A DNA stretch of 61,557 nucleotides, the filler included. It is 6 parts of 6 records of this genome, joined end to end, with 100 filler letters (N's around TTAATTAATTAA, not from the genome) between each part and the next. Parts side by side here need not be neighbours in the genome. Positions count along the whole stretch, not along the records: positions 43,804 to 61,557 come from SRR31156797_29665; 5 more parts are not named here. One strand, given 5' to 3'. The notes beneath the pieces were generated by a model. That model searched no databases. It saw nothing but the letters and a program-made list of their open reading frames with translations, and was not told the origin of the DNA. The position numbers and the translations under genes were made by a program. Positions 52,033 to 61,557 of this stretch are shown here, piece after piece. How positions within the stretch are numbered: position 1 is the first letter of the stretch; each line of letters begins with the position of its first letter.

Positions 52033-52413
52033 ATGGATAAAAAACAAAAAACTGCTTTTGCAGTTGTTTTCATTGCTGTTGTTGCTTTTGCAGGTCTGTG
52101 GAATGTGGACCTGTCACAGGGTTATCTTATGATATCGGAAATTTCTTCAAATTCTGATGAATATGTCGGCCATGATGTGAATACTATGGGAATGATCAAG
52201 AATGAAAGCCTTAAAATAACAACTGGCAGTACTTCCTTTGCACTTCAGGATCTTGAAGATCCTTCTTATGAGCTGAATGTGGAATATACTGGTTCGCTTC
52301 CTGCTAACCTTGTGGAAGGGCAGAGTATCAGTGTTAGTGGAAAAATGGTTTCAAAAGACATGGTTGAAGCAAATCAGATAGTGATGAGCTGTCCTTCAAA
52401 ATACTCAGAGTGA
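52033..52413 (+). CDS. ccmE: Archaeal-type cytochrome c maturation heme chaperone CcmE (start ATG 52033)
   Basis: N-terminal TM anchor, OB-fold-like body, C-terminal CPSKY (CxxxY); GGAG upstream. Confidence 0.88.
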   Translation: MDKKQKTAFAVVFIAVVAFAGLWNVDLSQGYLMISEISSNSDEYVGHDVNTMGMIKNESLKITTGSTSFALQDLEDPSYELNVEYTGSLPANLVEGQSISVSGKMVSKDMVEANQIVMSCPSKYSE

Positions 52414-52426
52414 TCAGGCGAAAGAT

Positions 52427-53296
52427 ATGGTACAAATAGAAGATCTGGATGAATTTCAGCTTATTAAAAAATCCAAGGATAACATAGTCTCTTCCATGGA
52501 TGATAGCTCCCAGATGAAGAAGATGCTTATGCATATATGCAGCTCCGGTGGCAAGAATATTCGTCCTGTCATGCTTGTATTGTGTACTCGCATGTGTGGT
52601 GGCAATTCTGAAGATAGTGTAAAAGCTGCACTTGCTATTGAGTTTATCCATTCTGCTTCCCTGATTCATGATGATGTGCTTGATGGTGGCCTCTTACGCA
52701 GGGGCGTGGAATCAGCACACGAAAAATACGGTATTCCTGCAGCTATTCTTTGCGGAGATTTTCTAATATCCAAAGCAATATCACTTATTTCCGGGTATGG
52801 CAATGATGCTGTGAATGAATTAGGCAGGGCTGGAATGTATATGGCAGAAGGTGAAACCATGGACATCTCCAGTGTTGATGAGAAGTTCATGGAGGGTAAT
52901 TATTATGAGTGCATCACTAAGAAAACCGGTTCCCTTTTCGCTGCCAGTGCTGCTATAGGTGCATATGTTGCAGGGGCAGATATGGATACTGCTCTTAAGT
53001 TAAGGACATTTGGTGAAAATGTAGGGAATGCTTATCAGATCGTTGATGATCTTCTTGAGTACCTTAATAAACTCGAAGATAAAAGTTCGACTTATGAGTC
53101 AGTAACCTTACCTCTTATTTACAGAAGGACTATGGACCACGATGCAGCCGTGGAACATACTGTGCATCAGGTCCGTGTTTGTGTGGATGCCGCAAAAGAG
53201 ATCCTTGCTTTATTCCCCTCTTCTGATGCAAGGACGAAGCTGGAGCTTATAACAGATCTTATTACGCTTGATATGCTCCCAGGGGACATCCTTTAA
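52427..53296 (+). CDS. trans-Polyprenyl diphosphate synthase, probable geranylfarnesyl (C25) diphosphate synthase
   Basis: GGKNIRP, FARM ASLIHDDVLD..RRG with small Ala at -5, KKTGSLF, variant SARM QIVDDLLE. Confidence 0.8.
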   Translation: MVQIEDLDEFQLIKKSKDNIVSSMDDSSQMKKMLMHICSSGGKNIRPVMLVLCTRMCGGNSEDSVKAALAIEFIHSASLIHDDVLDGGLLRRGVESAHEKYGIPAAILCGDFLISKAISLISGYGNDAVNELGRAGMYMAEGETMDISSVDEKFMEGNYYECITKKTGSLFAASAAIGAYVAGADMDTALKLRTFGENVGNAYQIVDDLLEYLNKLEDKSSTYESVTLPLIYRRTMDHDAAVEHTVHQVRVCVDAAKEILALFPSSDARTKLELITDLITLDMLPGDIL

Positions 53297-53322
53297 ATTT
53301 TATCTAATTATCAGGTGACTTC

Positions 53323-54513
53323 ATGAGGGTTTATGATAAATCAGTAATTAAAGTAAATGCCAGCACAGAAAATGGAAAAGTTGTTCTTGATACGGAGGGT
53401 CCGTTGTCCCCCATTGCAAAACCTATTATTAAACGTATCAATAAGATTTTCCTTGAAGAGAAGCCAATTTACTCTGATGAGGACAATATAATCTTCTCCA
53501 CATGGGCTCCACCCATGCCTGGTGGGATATTTAACAGGATGATAAGTGCCCAAGTGGCCTCTATCCTGAAGAAAAGGATACCTGACCAGTTCTCTATTGG
53601 TATTACAACGCATTGTCCTTATGATTGTATTCATTGTGGTGCAGCCGGTATTGTGGCTGATCCTATTCTTTCCTTTGATGAGATCAACGGTGCTATAGAG
53701 CAGGCAATCGATCTTGGTTCTTACTACATAGCCTTTGATGGTGGAGAAACCCTTCTCAGAAAGGACCTTGAACAAATGATTGCAAAGGTGGACAAGACTC
53801 GTGCAATAGCTACCTGTTTTACATCAGGCTTTGGTCTGACTGAGCAGAGGGCTAGGGATCTTAAGGCAGCAGGTCTATATGCTGCTCATATGAGTCTGGA
53901 CAGCCCGGATGCTGCAGAACATGATCGTGTAAGGGGACGCGAAGGTGCTTTCCAGAATACGGTGGATGGCATAAAACACATTGTAAATGCAGGCATACTT
54001 GCTGATCTCTTTGTGGTTGTCTCTCCGGATAACATAGATGATCTTGATGGTTTCTACAACTTTGCAGCAGATATGGGTATGCAGGAGATGTCCATTTATG
54101 AGATAATTGCGGTTGGACGCTGGATGGACCATGAGGATGAGGTCATGACTTCCAAAGATGTTGATCGCCTTGGAAAGTTCCAGGCTTCGATGAACAATAA
54201 AGAGGATGGTCCAAGGGTGACTTCATTCCCGAATTTCATGGGTCCTGATCAGTTCGGTTGTTTTGCAGGCCGGAGATGGATGCACACAACAGCCGGTGGG
54301 GATGTTCTTCCTTGCGCATATACTCCTCTTTCATTCGGGAATATCCGTGAGGAAAAGCTTGCTGCTATATGGGAAAGAATGGGTAAGCATGAGGCATACA
54401 ATTGCTCTGCAGATTACTGTATGATGCGCAACCCTGAATTCAGGGGTAAATATATCCATACTATAGCGGAAGGAACACAGCTTCCGGTACGGCTAGATAA
54501 AGTTATGCGTTAA
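53323..54513 (+). CDS. Radical SAM protein with SPASM/twitch-like tail, function unknown
   Basis: CPYDCIHC, GGETL, SLDS..HDRVRG, GCFAG...VLPC. Confidence 0.9.
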   Translation: MRVYDKSVIKVNASTENGKVVLDTEGPLSPIAKPIIKRINKIFLEEKPIYSDEDNIIFSTWAPPMPGGIFNRMISAQVASILKKRIPDQFSIGITTHCPYDCIHCGAAGIVADPILSFDEINGAIEQAIDLGSYYIAFDGGETLLRKDLEQMIAKVDKTRAIATCFTSGFGLTEQRARDLKAAGLYAAHMSLDSPDAAEHDRVRGREGAFQNTVDGIKHIVNAGILADLFVVVSPDNIDDLDGFYNFAADMGMQEMSIYEIIAVGRWMDHEDEVMTSKDVDRLGKFQASMNNKEDGPRVTSFPNFMGPDQFGCFAGRRWMHTTAGGDVLPCAYTPLSFGNIREEKLAAIWERMGKHEAYNCSADYCMMRNPEFRGKYIHTIAEGTQLPVRLDKVMR

Positions 54514-54647
54514 TTTTCGATAATTGTTATTCGTTATAAATTCATGAGAAACACAGTCTGATAGTAACATTTTGAATAATAGCCAGCAGATAAAAACCAG
54601 CAATGTAATGATAAATCATTATCTTTCTGGGTCCGCTGGTACCCGGA

Positions 54648-54666
54648 AAACCGAATACTTTATATG
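54648..54666 (+). promoter_or_regulatory. Probable archaeal BRE/TATA promoter of the ATP synthase operon
   Basis: AAACCGAATAC-TTTATAT about 70 nt upstream of ahaH. Confidence 0.5.
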
Positions 54667-54731
54667 TGAGTTAGCAGTAGGAGATGTTGATTTATTCGGG
54701 ATAATTAGCAATTCATCACATGAGGATTAGC

Positions 54732-55058
54732 ATGGCCAAAGAAAAAATCTTGTCGGAAATCAAAGATGCAGAAGACAATGCACAAACAATGGTTGACGAC
54801 GGTAAGAAAAGAAAAAATGACCGTATCGCCAGTGCACGTGCCGAGGCCAGGGAAATCATTAAACAGGCCGAGGTCGATGCACAGAATTCTGCACAAAGTG
54901 CAATGAAATCTGCAGAAGAGTCTATCGCTTCAGATAAAGCAAAAATCATTGAGGATGGAGGCAGTGAAGCTGCATCTATTGCCGGTTCCACTTCGTCCAA
55001 AGTCGATGAAGCTGTCGGGTTAATCGTAAACGAATTCGAGAGGGCAACACATGCTTGA
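54732..55058 (+). CDS. ahaH: A1Ao ATP synthase subunit H
   Basis: [14 protein letters not shown] coiled-coil stalk protein, first gene of operon; GAGGA RBS. Confidence 0.88.
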   Translation: MAKEKILSEIKDAEDNAQTMVDDGKKRKNDRIASARAEAREIIKQAEVDAQNSAQSAMKSAEESIASDKAKIIEDGGSEAASIAGSTSSKVDEAVGLIVNEFERATHA

Positions 55059-57003
55059 ACTAAAGCAGATGAATCGTGCCGTAATCGTTGGCCATAAAAG
55101 TATTTTTGAAGAAACGGTCGATGCTCTGCACAAGTCAAATCTGTTTCAGATCGAGGATTTTAATGAAGATGACTCCGGTCTGCGTATTGGCAGGCCATTT
55201 GAGAATGTAGATGACGTTTCTAAGAAACTTATCAAAATCAGATCAATAGCCAGTTTACTTGGTGTGAAAGATGCAGAGTCCAGAAAGCAGAGTAAGGGTA
55301 ATGTTCTTCCATCATTGGATGAAACTCTTAACAAGCTGGATGCTGAACTTGATGTAAAGACTGAACAGAAGAGCAAACTTGAAGCAGAAGTCAAAGAGAT
55401 TGAATCTCTTAAGAAAGAACTGGTTCCATTTGCAAACATTTCACTTAGTCTTGATCTTTACACAGGTTACGAGAGTCTTTCTGTTTACACCGGTTATGTA
55501 AAGGAAGATATTGAATCTGCAGTTTCCCAAATTACTTCTTCATACGAGCTCTTCTACGATGCTAAGGAAGGTACAATTGCACTTTTCGTAGCAAAGGAAA
55601 AATCCAGCGAAGTTACGGATGTACTTGCAGATTACGGATTCAGAGAAATAAGAGTTCCACAGACCAGTGGAATGCCAGCACAGGCACTTTCAGAGATAAC
55701 ATCTAAGGAAGCAGGACTAATCAAGCAGATTGAGTCCATCGATGCTGAAATCGAATCCCTGAAAGACAAATACGCTGATTTCATTCTGTCCAGTAATGAG
55801 CTTCTTTCCATTGAAGCCCAGAAGTCAGAGGCTCCCCTTAGGGTTGCAACTTCAGAAAGCACATTCATGATTGATGGATGGGTACCTGCAGAAGACTTCT
55901 CAAAGCTGGAAAGCATTGTGAAAACAGCTACTAACGGACGTGCATTCGTTTCCGTGCAGGAAATGACAAAAGAGGACGAACAGGTTGTTCCAATAGAATA
56001 TAACAACTCAAAGGTTGTAAGTCCTTTCCAGGAGATAATGGATCTTTACGCACGACCAACATATAAGGAACTTGATCCTACCACATTAATATTCATTTCT
56101 TTCCCACTTTTCTACGGAATGATTCTTGGTGATATCGGCTATGCACTGATTCTTCTTGCATTGGCTGTAGGTATCAAAAAAGCAGTTTCTTCCGAAGCAA
56201 TCAAACCACTCATGAACGTACTTATATACTGTCAGATATCGACTCTGATATTCGGTGTGTTATACGGTGAGTTTATGGGATTCCCTCTTGCAAGTCTTAC
56301 TTCACATGGAGTGACTACAGACGGTTTGATTCCTGGTTTTGCAACAATCAATCTTATTGCATCTCCTGTAGGAGGAGAAATGATCACTTATCCTATTCAC
56401 AGGACTCACCTTGTTATGACCATGATCGTATTCACTGCCCTTCTGGGACTGGTACACATCAACTTTGGTTACATGCTTGGTTTCATAAATGAGAATAGGA
56501 AACACGGAATGACAGCAGCTCTTATGGAGAAAGGCAGCTGGATAGTTATTGAACTAGGTCTTCTTTTGGCAATTCTCGGCTACGCAGCAGTACTGCCTGC
56601 AGCAACAACATACGCTGGTATCGTTGTTTTCCTTGTAGGATTTGTAATGCTTCTTAAAGGAGAAGGTATCAAAGGACCAATCGAACTACCTTCACTTCTC
56701 AGTAACTCACTGTCTTACACTCGTATTATAGCTGTAGGATTATCATCTATCTATATTGCTTCAACTGTCAACCTCATCGCCTTTAAGATGATGTGGGAGC
56801 CAGGAACGCCAATCGGTGTAGCAACAATAGGTGCAATTATTGTGTTCTTAGCCGGACACTCATTAAACACTGTCCTGAGTATTATCGCCCCCGGTTTACA
56901 TTCACTCAGGTTACAGTATGTAGAATTCTTCGGAAAATTCTACGAAGGTGGGGGACGCAAATACGATCCATTTGGATATATTAGGAAATACACGGAGGAA
57001 TAA
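55051..57003 (+). CDS. ahaI: A1Ao ATP synthase subunit I (a)
   Basis: [50 protein letters not shown]. Confidence 0.96.
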   Translation: MLELKQMNRAVIVGHKSIFEETVDALHKSNLFQIEDFNEDDSGLRIGRPFENVDDVSKKLIKIRSIASLLGVKDAESRKQSKGNVLPSLDETLNKLDAELDVKTEQKSKLEAEVKEIESLKKELVPFANISLSLDLYTGYESLSVYTGYVKEDIESAVSQITSSYELFYDAKEGTIALFVAKEKSSEVTDVLADYGFREIRVPQTSGMPAQALSEITSKEAGLIKQIESIDAEIESLKDKYADFILSSNELLSIEAQKSEAPLRVATSESTFMIDGWVPAEDFSKLESIVKTATNGRAFVSVQEMTKEDEQVVPIEYNNSKVVSPFQEIMDLYARPTYKELDPTTLIFISFPLFYGMILGDIGYALILLALAVGIKKAVSSEAIKPLMNVLIYCQISTLIFGVLYGEFMGFPLASLTSHGVTTDGLIPGFATINLIASPVGGEMITYPIHRTHLVMTMIVFTALLGLVHINFGYMLGFINENRKHGMTAALMEKGSWIVIELGLLLAILGYAAVLPAATTYAGIVVFLVGFVMLLKGEGIKGPIELPSLLSNSLSYTRIIAVGLSSIYIASTVNLIAFKMMWEPGTPIGVATIGAIIVFLAGHSLNTVLSIIAPGLHSLRLQYVEFFGKFYEGGGRKYDPFGYIRKYTEE

Positions 57004-57007
57004 GAAA

Positions 57008-57250
57008 ATGACAGACGCAGCAACAGCAGTAACAATGATGGACCCAGCAGGATTAAAAGCAATTGGAGCAGGACTCGCAGTAGGCCTTACAGGAATTGCA
57101 TCCGGTATTGCAGAAAAGGATATTGGTAGTGCAGCAATCGGTGCAATGGCTGAGAACGAGAGCCTTTTTGGTAAGGGTCTTATCCTGACTGTTATCCCAG
57201 AAACAATTGTCATCTTTGGTCTTGTAGTCGCACTCTTGATTAACGGATAA
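57008..57250 (+). CDS. ahaK: A1Ao ATP synthase proteolipid subunit K (c), single hairpin
   Basis: AIGAGLAVG, AEKDIG, VIPETIVIFG. Confidence 0.96.
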   Translation: MTDAATAVTMMDPAGLKAIGAGLAVGLTGIASGIAEKDIGSAAIGAMAENESLFGKGLILTVIPETIVIFGLVVALLING

Positions 57251-57254
57251 ATTT

Positions 57255-57284
57255 ATTTAAGAGCATTATTTGCTCTTAAATTTT
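57255..57284 (+). terminator. Intra-operon stem-loop after ahaK (attenuator or mRNA stabiliser)
   Basis: ATTTAAGAGCA-ttatt-TGCTCTTAAAT perfect 11-bp stem followed by T residues. Confidence 0.5.
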
Positions 57285-57299
57285 CCAAAGGTGTTGAGC

Positions 57300-57851
57300 A
57301 TGGGACTTGAAATTGTTGTTAAAGATATCATGGATGCTGCACAGGCAGAAGTTTCCAAACTGGATTCTGAAGCTGATGCAGAGGTCTCCCTGATTCTGGA
57401 AGAAGCTAAGCAAAATGCCAAGCAGATTATGGGAGAAAGTCTTGCAAAAGCAGAGGATGATATTAAAAAGATCAGGCAGCAAGAAATATCCAGTGCAAAT
57501 CTTGAAGTGAAGCGCACATTGCTCAATGCACGCAAGGAAATACTCGATAAAGTATATGTCCAGGCTGTAGAAACCATATCCGCATTCTCTCCTGAGAAAA
57601 ATGAGGAACTCCTCAAAGCCCTCATAGATAATTATGGGTCCAATGGGACTAAGATCTATTCCAACGCAGGGTCTGAGGAGATTGTAAAGAAGTTATCTTC
57701 ACTCGAATACGCTGGCAATATTGATTGTCTTGGTGGCGTTGTCATTGAGAATGAAGATGGTACTATCAGATTGGATTATACCTACGATGTCATCCTTAAA
57801 AGCGTGAATGAGCGGTTGTTGAAACAGACATCTGATATTCTATTCGGGTGA
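57300..57851 (+). CDS. ahaE: A1Ao ATP synthase subunit E
   Basis: MGLEIVVKDI, IDCLGGVVIENEDGTIRLDYTYD. Confidence 0.93.
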   Translation: MGLEIVVKDIMDAAQAEVSKLDSEADAEVSLILEEAKQNAKQIMGESLAKAEDDIKKIRQQEISSANLEVKRTLLNARKEILDKVYVQAVETISAFSPEKNEELLKALIDNYGSNGTKIYSNAGSEEIVKKLSSLEYAGNIDCLGGVVIENEDGTIRLDYTYDVILKSVNERLLKQTSDILFG

Positions 57852-57858
57852 TTTCTAA

Positions 57859-58935
57859 ATGCAGCTGTTGCAGAAATTTAAGCGTGGCAGTTCTAAAAGA
57901 ACTAAGCCAAAGGGTCATGCTAACTATGCGTACACAACAGCGCGTGTACGTGCAATGAAGAGTAAGATCCTGCCTAAAGAGACCTATCCAAGGCTCATGA
58001 ATATGAGCATCGATGAAATTACCAGGTTCATTGAGGAATCTGAGTATAAAGAAGATGTCGATGAATTGGCAAGGCAGTATGAAGGCGCAGATCTTATTGA
58101 GCATGCATTAAACAGGAATCTTGCTGTAACCTTCACAAAGCTACTAAGCATATCAGAAGGTGACGTTAATTTCCTTGTTGGCGAGCAGCTCAAGAAGTAT
58201 GATATCTGGAATATAAAGACCATTCTTCGTGGTAAATACTGTAATGCTTCCACAGAGGAAATCCTTGATGCTATTGTTGCAGCAGGAAGGTTTAGTTATA
58301 CTTTCCTTTCAGATCTTGCATCAAAGCCAACTTATGAGGACGTAATCTCTGAGCTTGCAAATACTGAGTATTACTTCATCCTGAAGAGTTATGACGGTAC
58401 AAATCTTTCGGATATTGAGAATCAGCTTGACAAAATTTACTATGCTGGTCTCTTTGAAGCAGTCGGTGAATCAAAATCCAAGGATCGTAAATTGTTTGCT
58501 AAATTTACCAGAATGGGTATTGATATGAAGAACCTTATTACGCTTTTCCGCTTGAAGAAGTCCGGAATCACAGATCCTGAAATGATGGATTTGATGATTG
58601 ATGGTGGACTCAAGTTAAAGCTTAAGGATATTGAAAGATTAATGCCTCTTTCATTTGCAGATTTTGTCTCCGATCTTGAGAAAAATCCATATTGGGATGT
58701 CATTTCAGACGTCGCAAGCCCGGATATGGTATCATTGATCGATGTCGAGAGCCGACTTAAAAAACACAGGCTTAAATCTGCAGCAAGCTTCTCACACGTT
58801 TATCCGATCTCAATTGTACCAATTATGGACTACATGCTAAGTAAAAGAAATGAGATTAACAACTTGCGGATAATAATACGTGGCAAGGCTGCCAACCTCG
58901 ATGAAGAAACTATCAAGGAACAGTTGGTGATTTGA
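57859..58935 (+). CDS. ahaC: A1Ao ATP synthase subunit C
   Basis: [40 protein letters not shown]. Confidence 0.95.
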   Translation: MQLLQKFKRGSSKRTKPKGHANYAYTTARVRAMKSKILPKETYPRLMNMSIDEITRFIEESEYKEDVDELARQYEGADLIEHALNRNLAVTFTKLLSISEGDVNFLVGEQLKKYDIWNIKTILRGKYCNASTEEILDAIVAAGRFSYTFLSDLASKPTYEDVISELANTEYYFILKSYDGTNLSDIENQLDKIYYAGLFEAVGESKSKDRKLFAKFTRMGIDMKNLITLFRLKKSGITDPEMMDLMIDGGLKLKLKDIERLMPLSFADFVSDLEKNPYWDVISDVASPDMVSLIDVESRLKKHRLKSAASFSHVYPISIVPIMDYMLSKRNEINNLRIIIRGKAANLDEETIKEQLVI

Positions 58936-59234
58936 TGGAATTAGCAGTGGTCGGAAGTGGCGAGTTTGTAACAGGCTTCAGACTGGCCGGTATTAAGAAA
59001 ATATTTGATGTTAATGATGGCGAACTTGAATCTACTGTAGAGATGATACTTAATGATCAGGAAGTCGGTATTCTTGTAATGCACGGTGATGATCTGATTA
59101 AACTACCGGAGATGTTGAGAAGCACTATCAACGATTCTGTTGAGCCAACTGTCGTGACTCTCGGAGGTAGTGGTGAAAGTTCGAATTTAAGGGAAAAAAT
59201 AAAACAATCGGTAGGTGTAGATCTGTGGAAATGA
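58935..59234 (+). CDS. ahaF: A1Ao ATP synthase subunit F
   Basis: [30 protein letters not shown]. Confidence 0.95.
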   Translation: MELAVVGSGEFVTGFRLAGIKKIFDVNDGELESTVEMILNDQEVGILVMHGDDLIKLPEMLRSTINDSVEPTVVTLGGSGESSNLREKIKQSVGVDLWK

Positions 59235-60961
59235 AAGGTGAAATTTATCGTGTGGCCGGACCTGTCGTCACGATCATGGGTATCAAGCCAAAGATGTACG
59301 ATGTGGTACATGTTGGTCACGAAGGTCTTATGGGCGAAGTTATCAGAATTGAAGGTGACAAAGCCACTGTTCAGGTATACGAGGATACATCCGGTATTAA
59401 GCCAGGTGAACCTGTAGTGAACACTGGAATGTCTCTCTCTGTAGAACTCGGTCCAGGTTTATTAGAAAGTATTTATGATGGTATTCAGAGACCTCTGAAA
59501 GTTCTCCAGGAAAAGATGGGAGACTTTATTAACAGAGGTGTAACCGCTAACGGTCTTGACCGTGAAAGAGTATGGGAGTTCAAACCAACAGTATCAAGTG
59601 GTGACTCCGTAACCGGCGGTCAGACAATTGGTGTTGTACAGGAAACAGAGAATGTTGAGCACAAGATCATGCTGCCTCCAACAGTTTCCGGTACAGTTGA
59701 AGAAATAAAGTCAGGAAAGTTCAAGGTGGATGAAACAGTTTGTGTGCTCACAGACGGTACAGAAGTCTCCATGATGCAGAAGTGGCCGGTAAGAATGCCA
59801 CGTCCTGTAGACAAGAAGTTCATCCCAAAAAGACCTCTTATTACTGGTCAGAGGATCCTTGATGGTCTCTTCCCGGTTGCAAAGGGCGGTACAGCAGCTA
59901 TCCCTGGTCCATTTGGTTCAGGAAAGACTGTTACACAGCAGCAGCTTGCAAAGTGGAGTGACACTGACATTGTAGTTTATATCGGATGTGGAGAACGTGG
60001 AAACGAGATGGCTGACGTACTGAATGAGTTCCCTGAACTCCAGGACCCAAAGACTGGTCGTCCACTCATGGAACGTACAGTTCTTATCGCAAACACATCC
60101 AACATGCCGGTAGCTGCCCGTGAAGCATCTGTTTACACAGGTATCACAATTGCAGAATATTACCGTGACATGGGATACGATGTATCACTCATGGCTGACT
60201 CTTCATCCAGATGGGCAGAAGCAATGAGGGAAATTTCCTCAAGGCTTGAAGAAATGCCTGGTGAAGAAGGTTATCCAGCATACCTTTCTGCAAGGCTCTC
60301 TGAGTTCTATGAGCGTGCAGGTGCAGTAAAGTCACTTGCAGCAGAAGAAGGTTCAATTACAGTTATTGGTGCAGTATCACCACCTGGTGGTGACTTCTCA
60401 GAGCCTGTAACACAGAACACCCTCCGTATCGTAAAAGTGTTCTGGGCACTGGATGCAAAACTTGCACAGAGAAGGCACTTCCCTTCCATTGACTGGCTTA
60501 CAAGTTACAGTCTGTACACCCAGGGTCTTAATGACTGGTTTGCAGAGAACGTTGCACCTGACTGGGTACCACTCAGAGACCATGCAATGGATCTTCTCCA
60601 GCAGGAATCCGAACTTCAGGAGATCGTACAGCTCGTTGGTTCCGATGCACTTCCGGAAGACCAGCAGCTTGTTCTTGAGATCTGCCGTATGCTCAGGGAA
60701 TATTTCCTTCAGCAGAATGCGTTCCACCCTGTTGACACATACTGTCCATTTGATAAGCAGTACAAACTACTCAAAGCAATCTCCAAGTACAGTGACATGG
60801 CACAGGCATCACTGGAAGCAGGTATACCAATGAAGGACATACTTTCAGTCGAGTCCAAGGATGAGCTTGCAAAGGTCAAATTCGAAGAAGACTTCGATGG
60901 TGCACTGAACGTTGTCATGGAAAAGATGGACAAGGAATTTGCAGCACTTGGAGGCAACTAA
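59225..60961 (+). CDS. ahaA: A1Ao ATP synthase catalytic subunit A, no intein
   Basis: [38 protein letters not shown]. Confidence 0.98.
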   Translation: MEMKGEIYRVAGPVVTIMGIKPKMYDVVHVGHEGLMGEVIRIEGDKATVQVYEDTSGIKPGEPVVNTGMSLSVELGPGLLESIYDGIQRPLKVLQEKMGDFINRGVTANGLDRERVWEFKPTVSSGDSVTGGQTIGVVQETENVEHKIMLPPTVSGTVEEIKSGKFKVDETVCVLTDGTEVSMMQKWPVRMPRPVDKKFIPKRPLITGQRILDGLFPVAKGGTAAIPGPFGSGKTVTQQQLAKWSDTDIVVYIGCGERGNEMADVLNEFPELQDPKTGRPLMERTVLIANTSNMPVAAREASVYTGITIAEYYRDMGYDVSLMADSSSRWAEAMREISSRLEEMPGEEGYPAYLSARLSEFYERAGAVKSLAAEEGSITVIGAVSPPGGDFSEPVTQNTLRIVKVFWALDAKLAQRRHFPSIDWLTSYSLYTQGLNDWFAENVAPDWVPLRDHAMDLLQQESELQEIVQLVGSDALPEDQQLVLEICRMLREYFLQQNAFHPVDTYCPFDKQYKLLKAISKYSDMAQASLEAGIPMKDILSVESKDELAKVKFEEDFDGALNVVMEKMDKEFAALGGN

Positions 60962-60962
60962 G

Positions 60963-61557
60963 ATGACCAAGGAATATAAGACGATCACAGAGATCTCAGG
61001 ACCATTGATGTTCCTCGAGAAGACCGAACCGGTAGGCTATGGTGAACTTGTTCACATCAACCTTCCGGACGGTACAACAAAGAGGGGTCAGGTTCTTGAT
61101 ACCTCAGCAGATGTTGTAGCAGTTCAGGTATTCGAAGGTACAGGTGGACTGAACGAGGAATCCGGTGTAGTATTCTCCGGTGAGACCATCAAGCTCCCTG
61201 TATCAAAGGACATGCTCGGTCGTATCCTTTCAGGTTCAGGTGAACCACTGGATGGCGGACCACGTATCGTCCCTGAAGACAGAGTAGATGTTAACGGTGC
61301 ATCAATGAACCCATATTCAAGGATGCCACCAGAGGACTTTATCCAGACAGGAATCTCAACCATCGACGGAACAAACACCCTTGTCCGTGGGCAGAAGCTT
61401 CCTATTTTCTCAGGATCAGGTCTTCCACACAACGAGATCGCACTTCAGATCGCACGTCAGTCAAAAGTACCAGGTTCCGATGAACCTTTCGCAGTAGTAT
61501 TCGCTGCAATGGGTATCACAAACGAAGAAGCCCAGTATTTCATGGAGGACTTCGAGA
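60963..61557 (+). CDS. ahaB: A1Ao ATP synthase subunit B, runs off the window (absent from the ORF track)
   Basis: Manual translation [17 protein letters not shown]...VQVFEGT...IQTGISTID...[15 protein letters not shown]. Confidence 0.96.
   Translation, partial: MTKEYKTITEISGPLMFLEKTEPVGYGELVHINLPDGTTKRGQVLDTSADVVAVQVFEGTGGLNEESGVVFSGETIKLPVSKDMLGRILSGSGEPLDGGPRIVPEDRVDVNGASMNPYSRMPPEDFIQTGISTIDGTNTLVRGQKLPIFSGSGLPHNEIALQIARQSKVPGSDEPFAVVFAAMGITNEEAQYFMEDFE

Noticed and set aside
59225-60961. Intein in ATP synthase subunit A
   Set aside because: 578 aa with continuous motifs; no insertion.
1-61557. CRISPR arrays, rRNA, intact transposases and the many antisense ORFs
   Set aside because: No repeat-spacer periodicity, rRNA or transposase motifs were seen by eye. 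Antisense ORFs are shadows of well-supported genes.

Overview
The window is six unrelated contigs joined by artificial 100-nt spacers (N44-TTAATTAATTAA-N44), so nothing should be read across a spacer. (1) 1-8826, FCB-group-like bacterium: thrS, an atypical PEP-carboxykinase-family gene, infC-rpmI-rplT-pheS, a secreted endonuclease I and a small beta-barrel protein. (2) 8927-15509, Desulfobacterales-like: holA, lspA, a full-length CarB homolog with both ATP-grasp sites degenerate, rsmG and an O-methyltransferase. (3) 15610-20815: DUF917, hydantoin racemase and a beta-propeller sensor kinase. (4) 20916-34856: an AT-rich 13.9-kb defence island bounded by tRNA-fMet 3' repeats, with no integrase. 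It carries EcoKI-like hsdR-hsdM-hsdS, a Septu/PtuAB-like ABC ATPase plus HNH nuclease, and mcrBC. Its HsdS has an extra ~71-aa C-terminal winged-helix-like domain and a G9 tract. (5) 34957-43703: iron/metallophore uptake region with two TonB-dependent receptors, DUF4405, PepSY-TM and a patchwork of methyltransferase, feoB and AraC fragments. (6) 43804-61557, Methanosarcinaceae archaeon: pyrD and the hem/sirC/ahb heme operon, divergent from ccmE, a long-chain prenyl synthase, a radical SAM gene and the A1Ao ATP synthase operon. Best candidates for new biology: the HsdS-extension/ABC-ATPase/HNH module inside a type I R-M system, the CarB pseudoenzyme, and the radical SAM gene beside the probable methanophenazine side-chain synthase. 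All family and taxon calls rest on motif recognition by eye; no searches were run.
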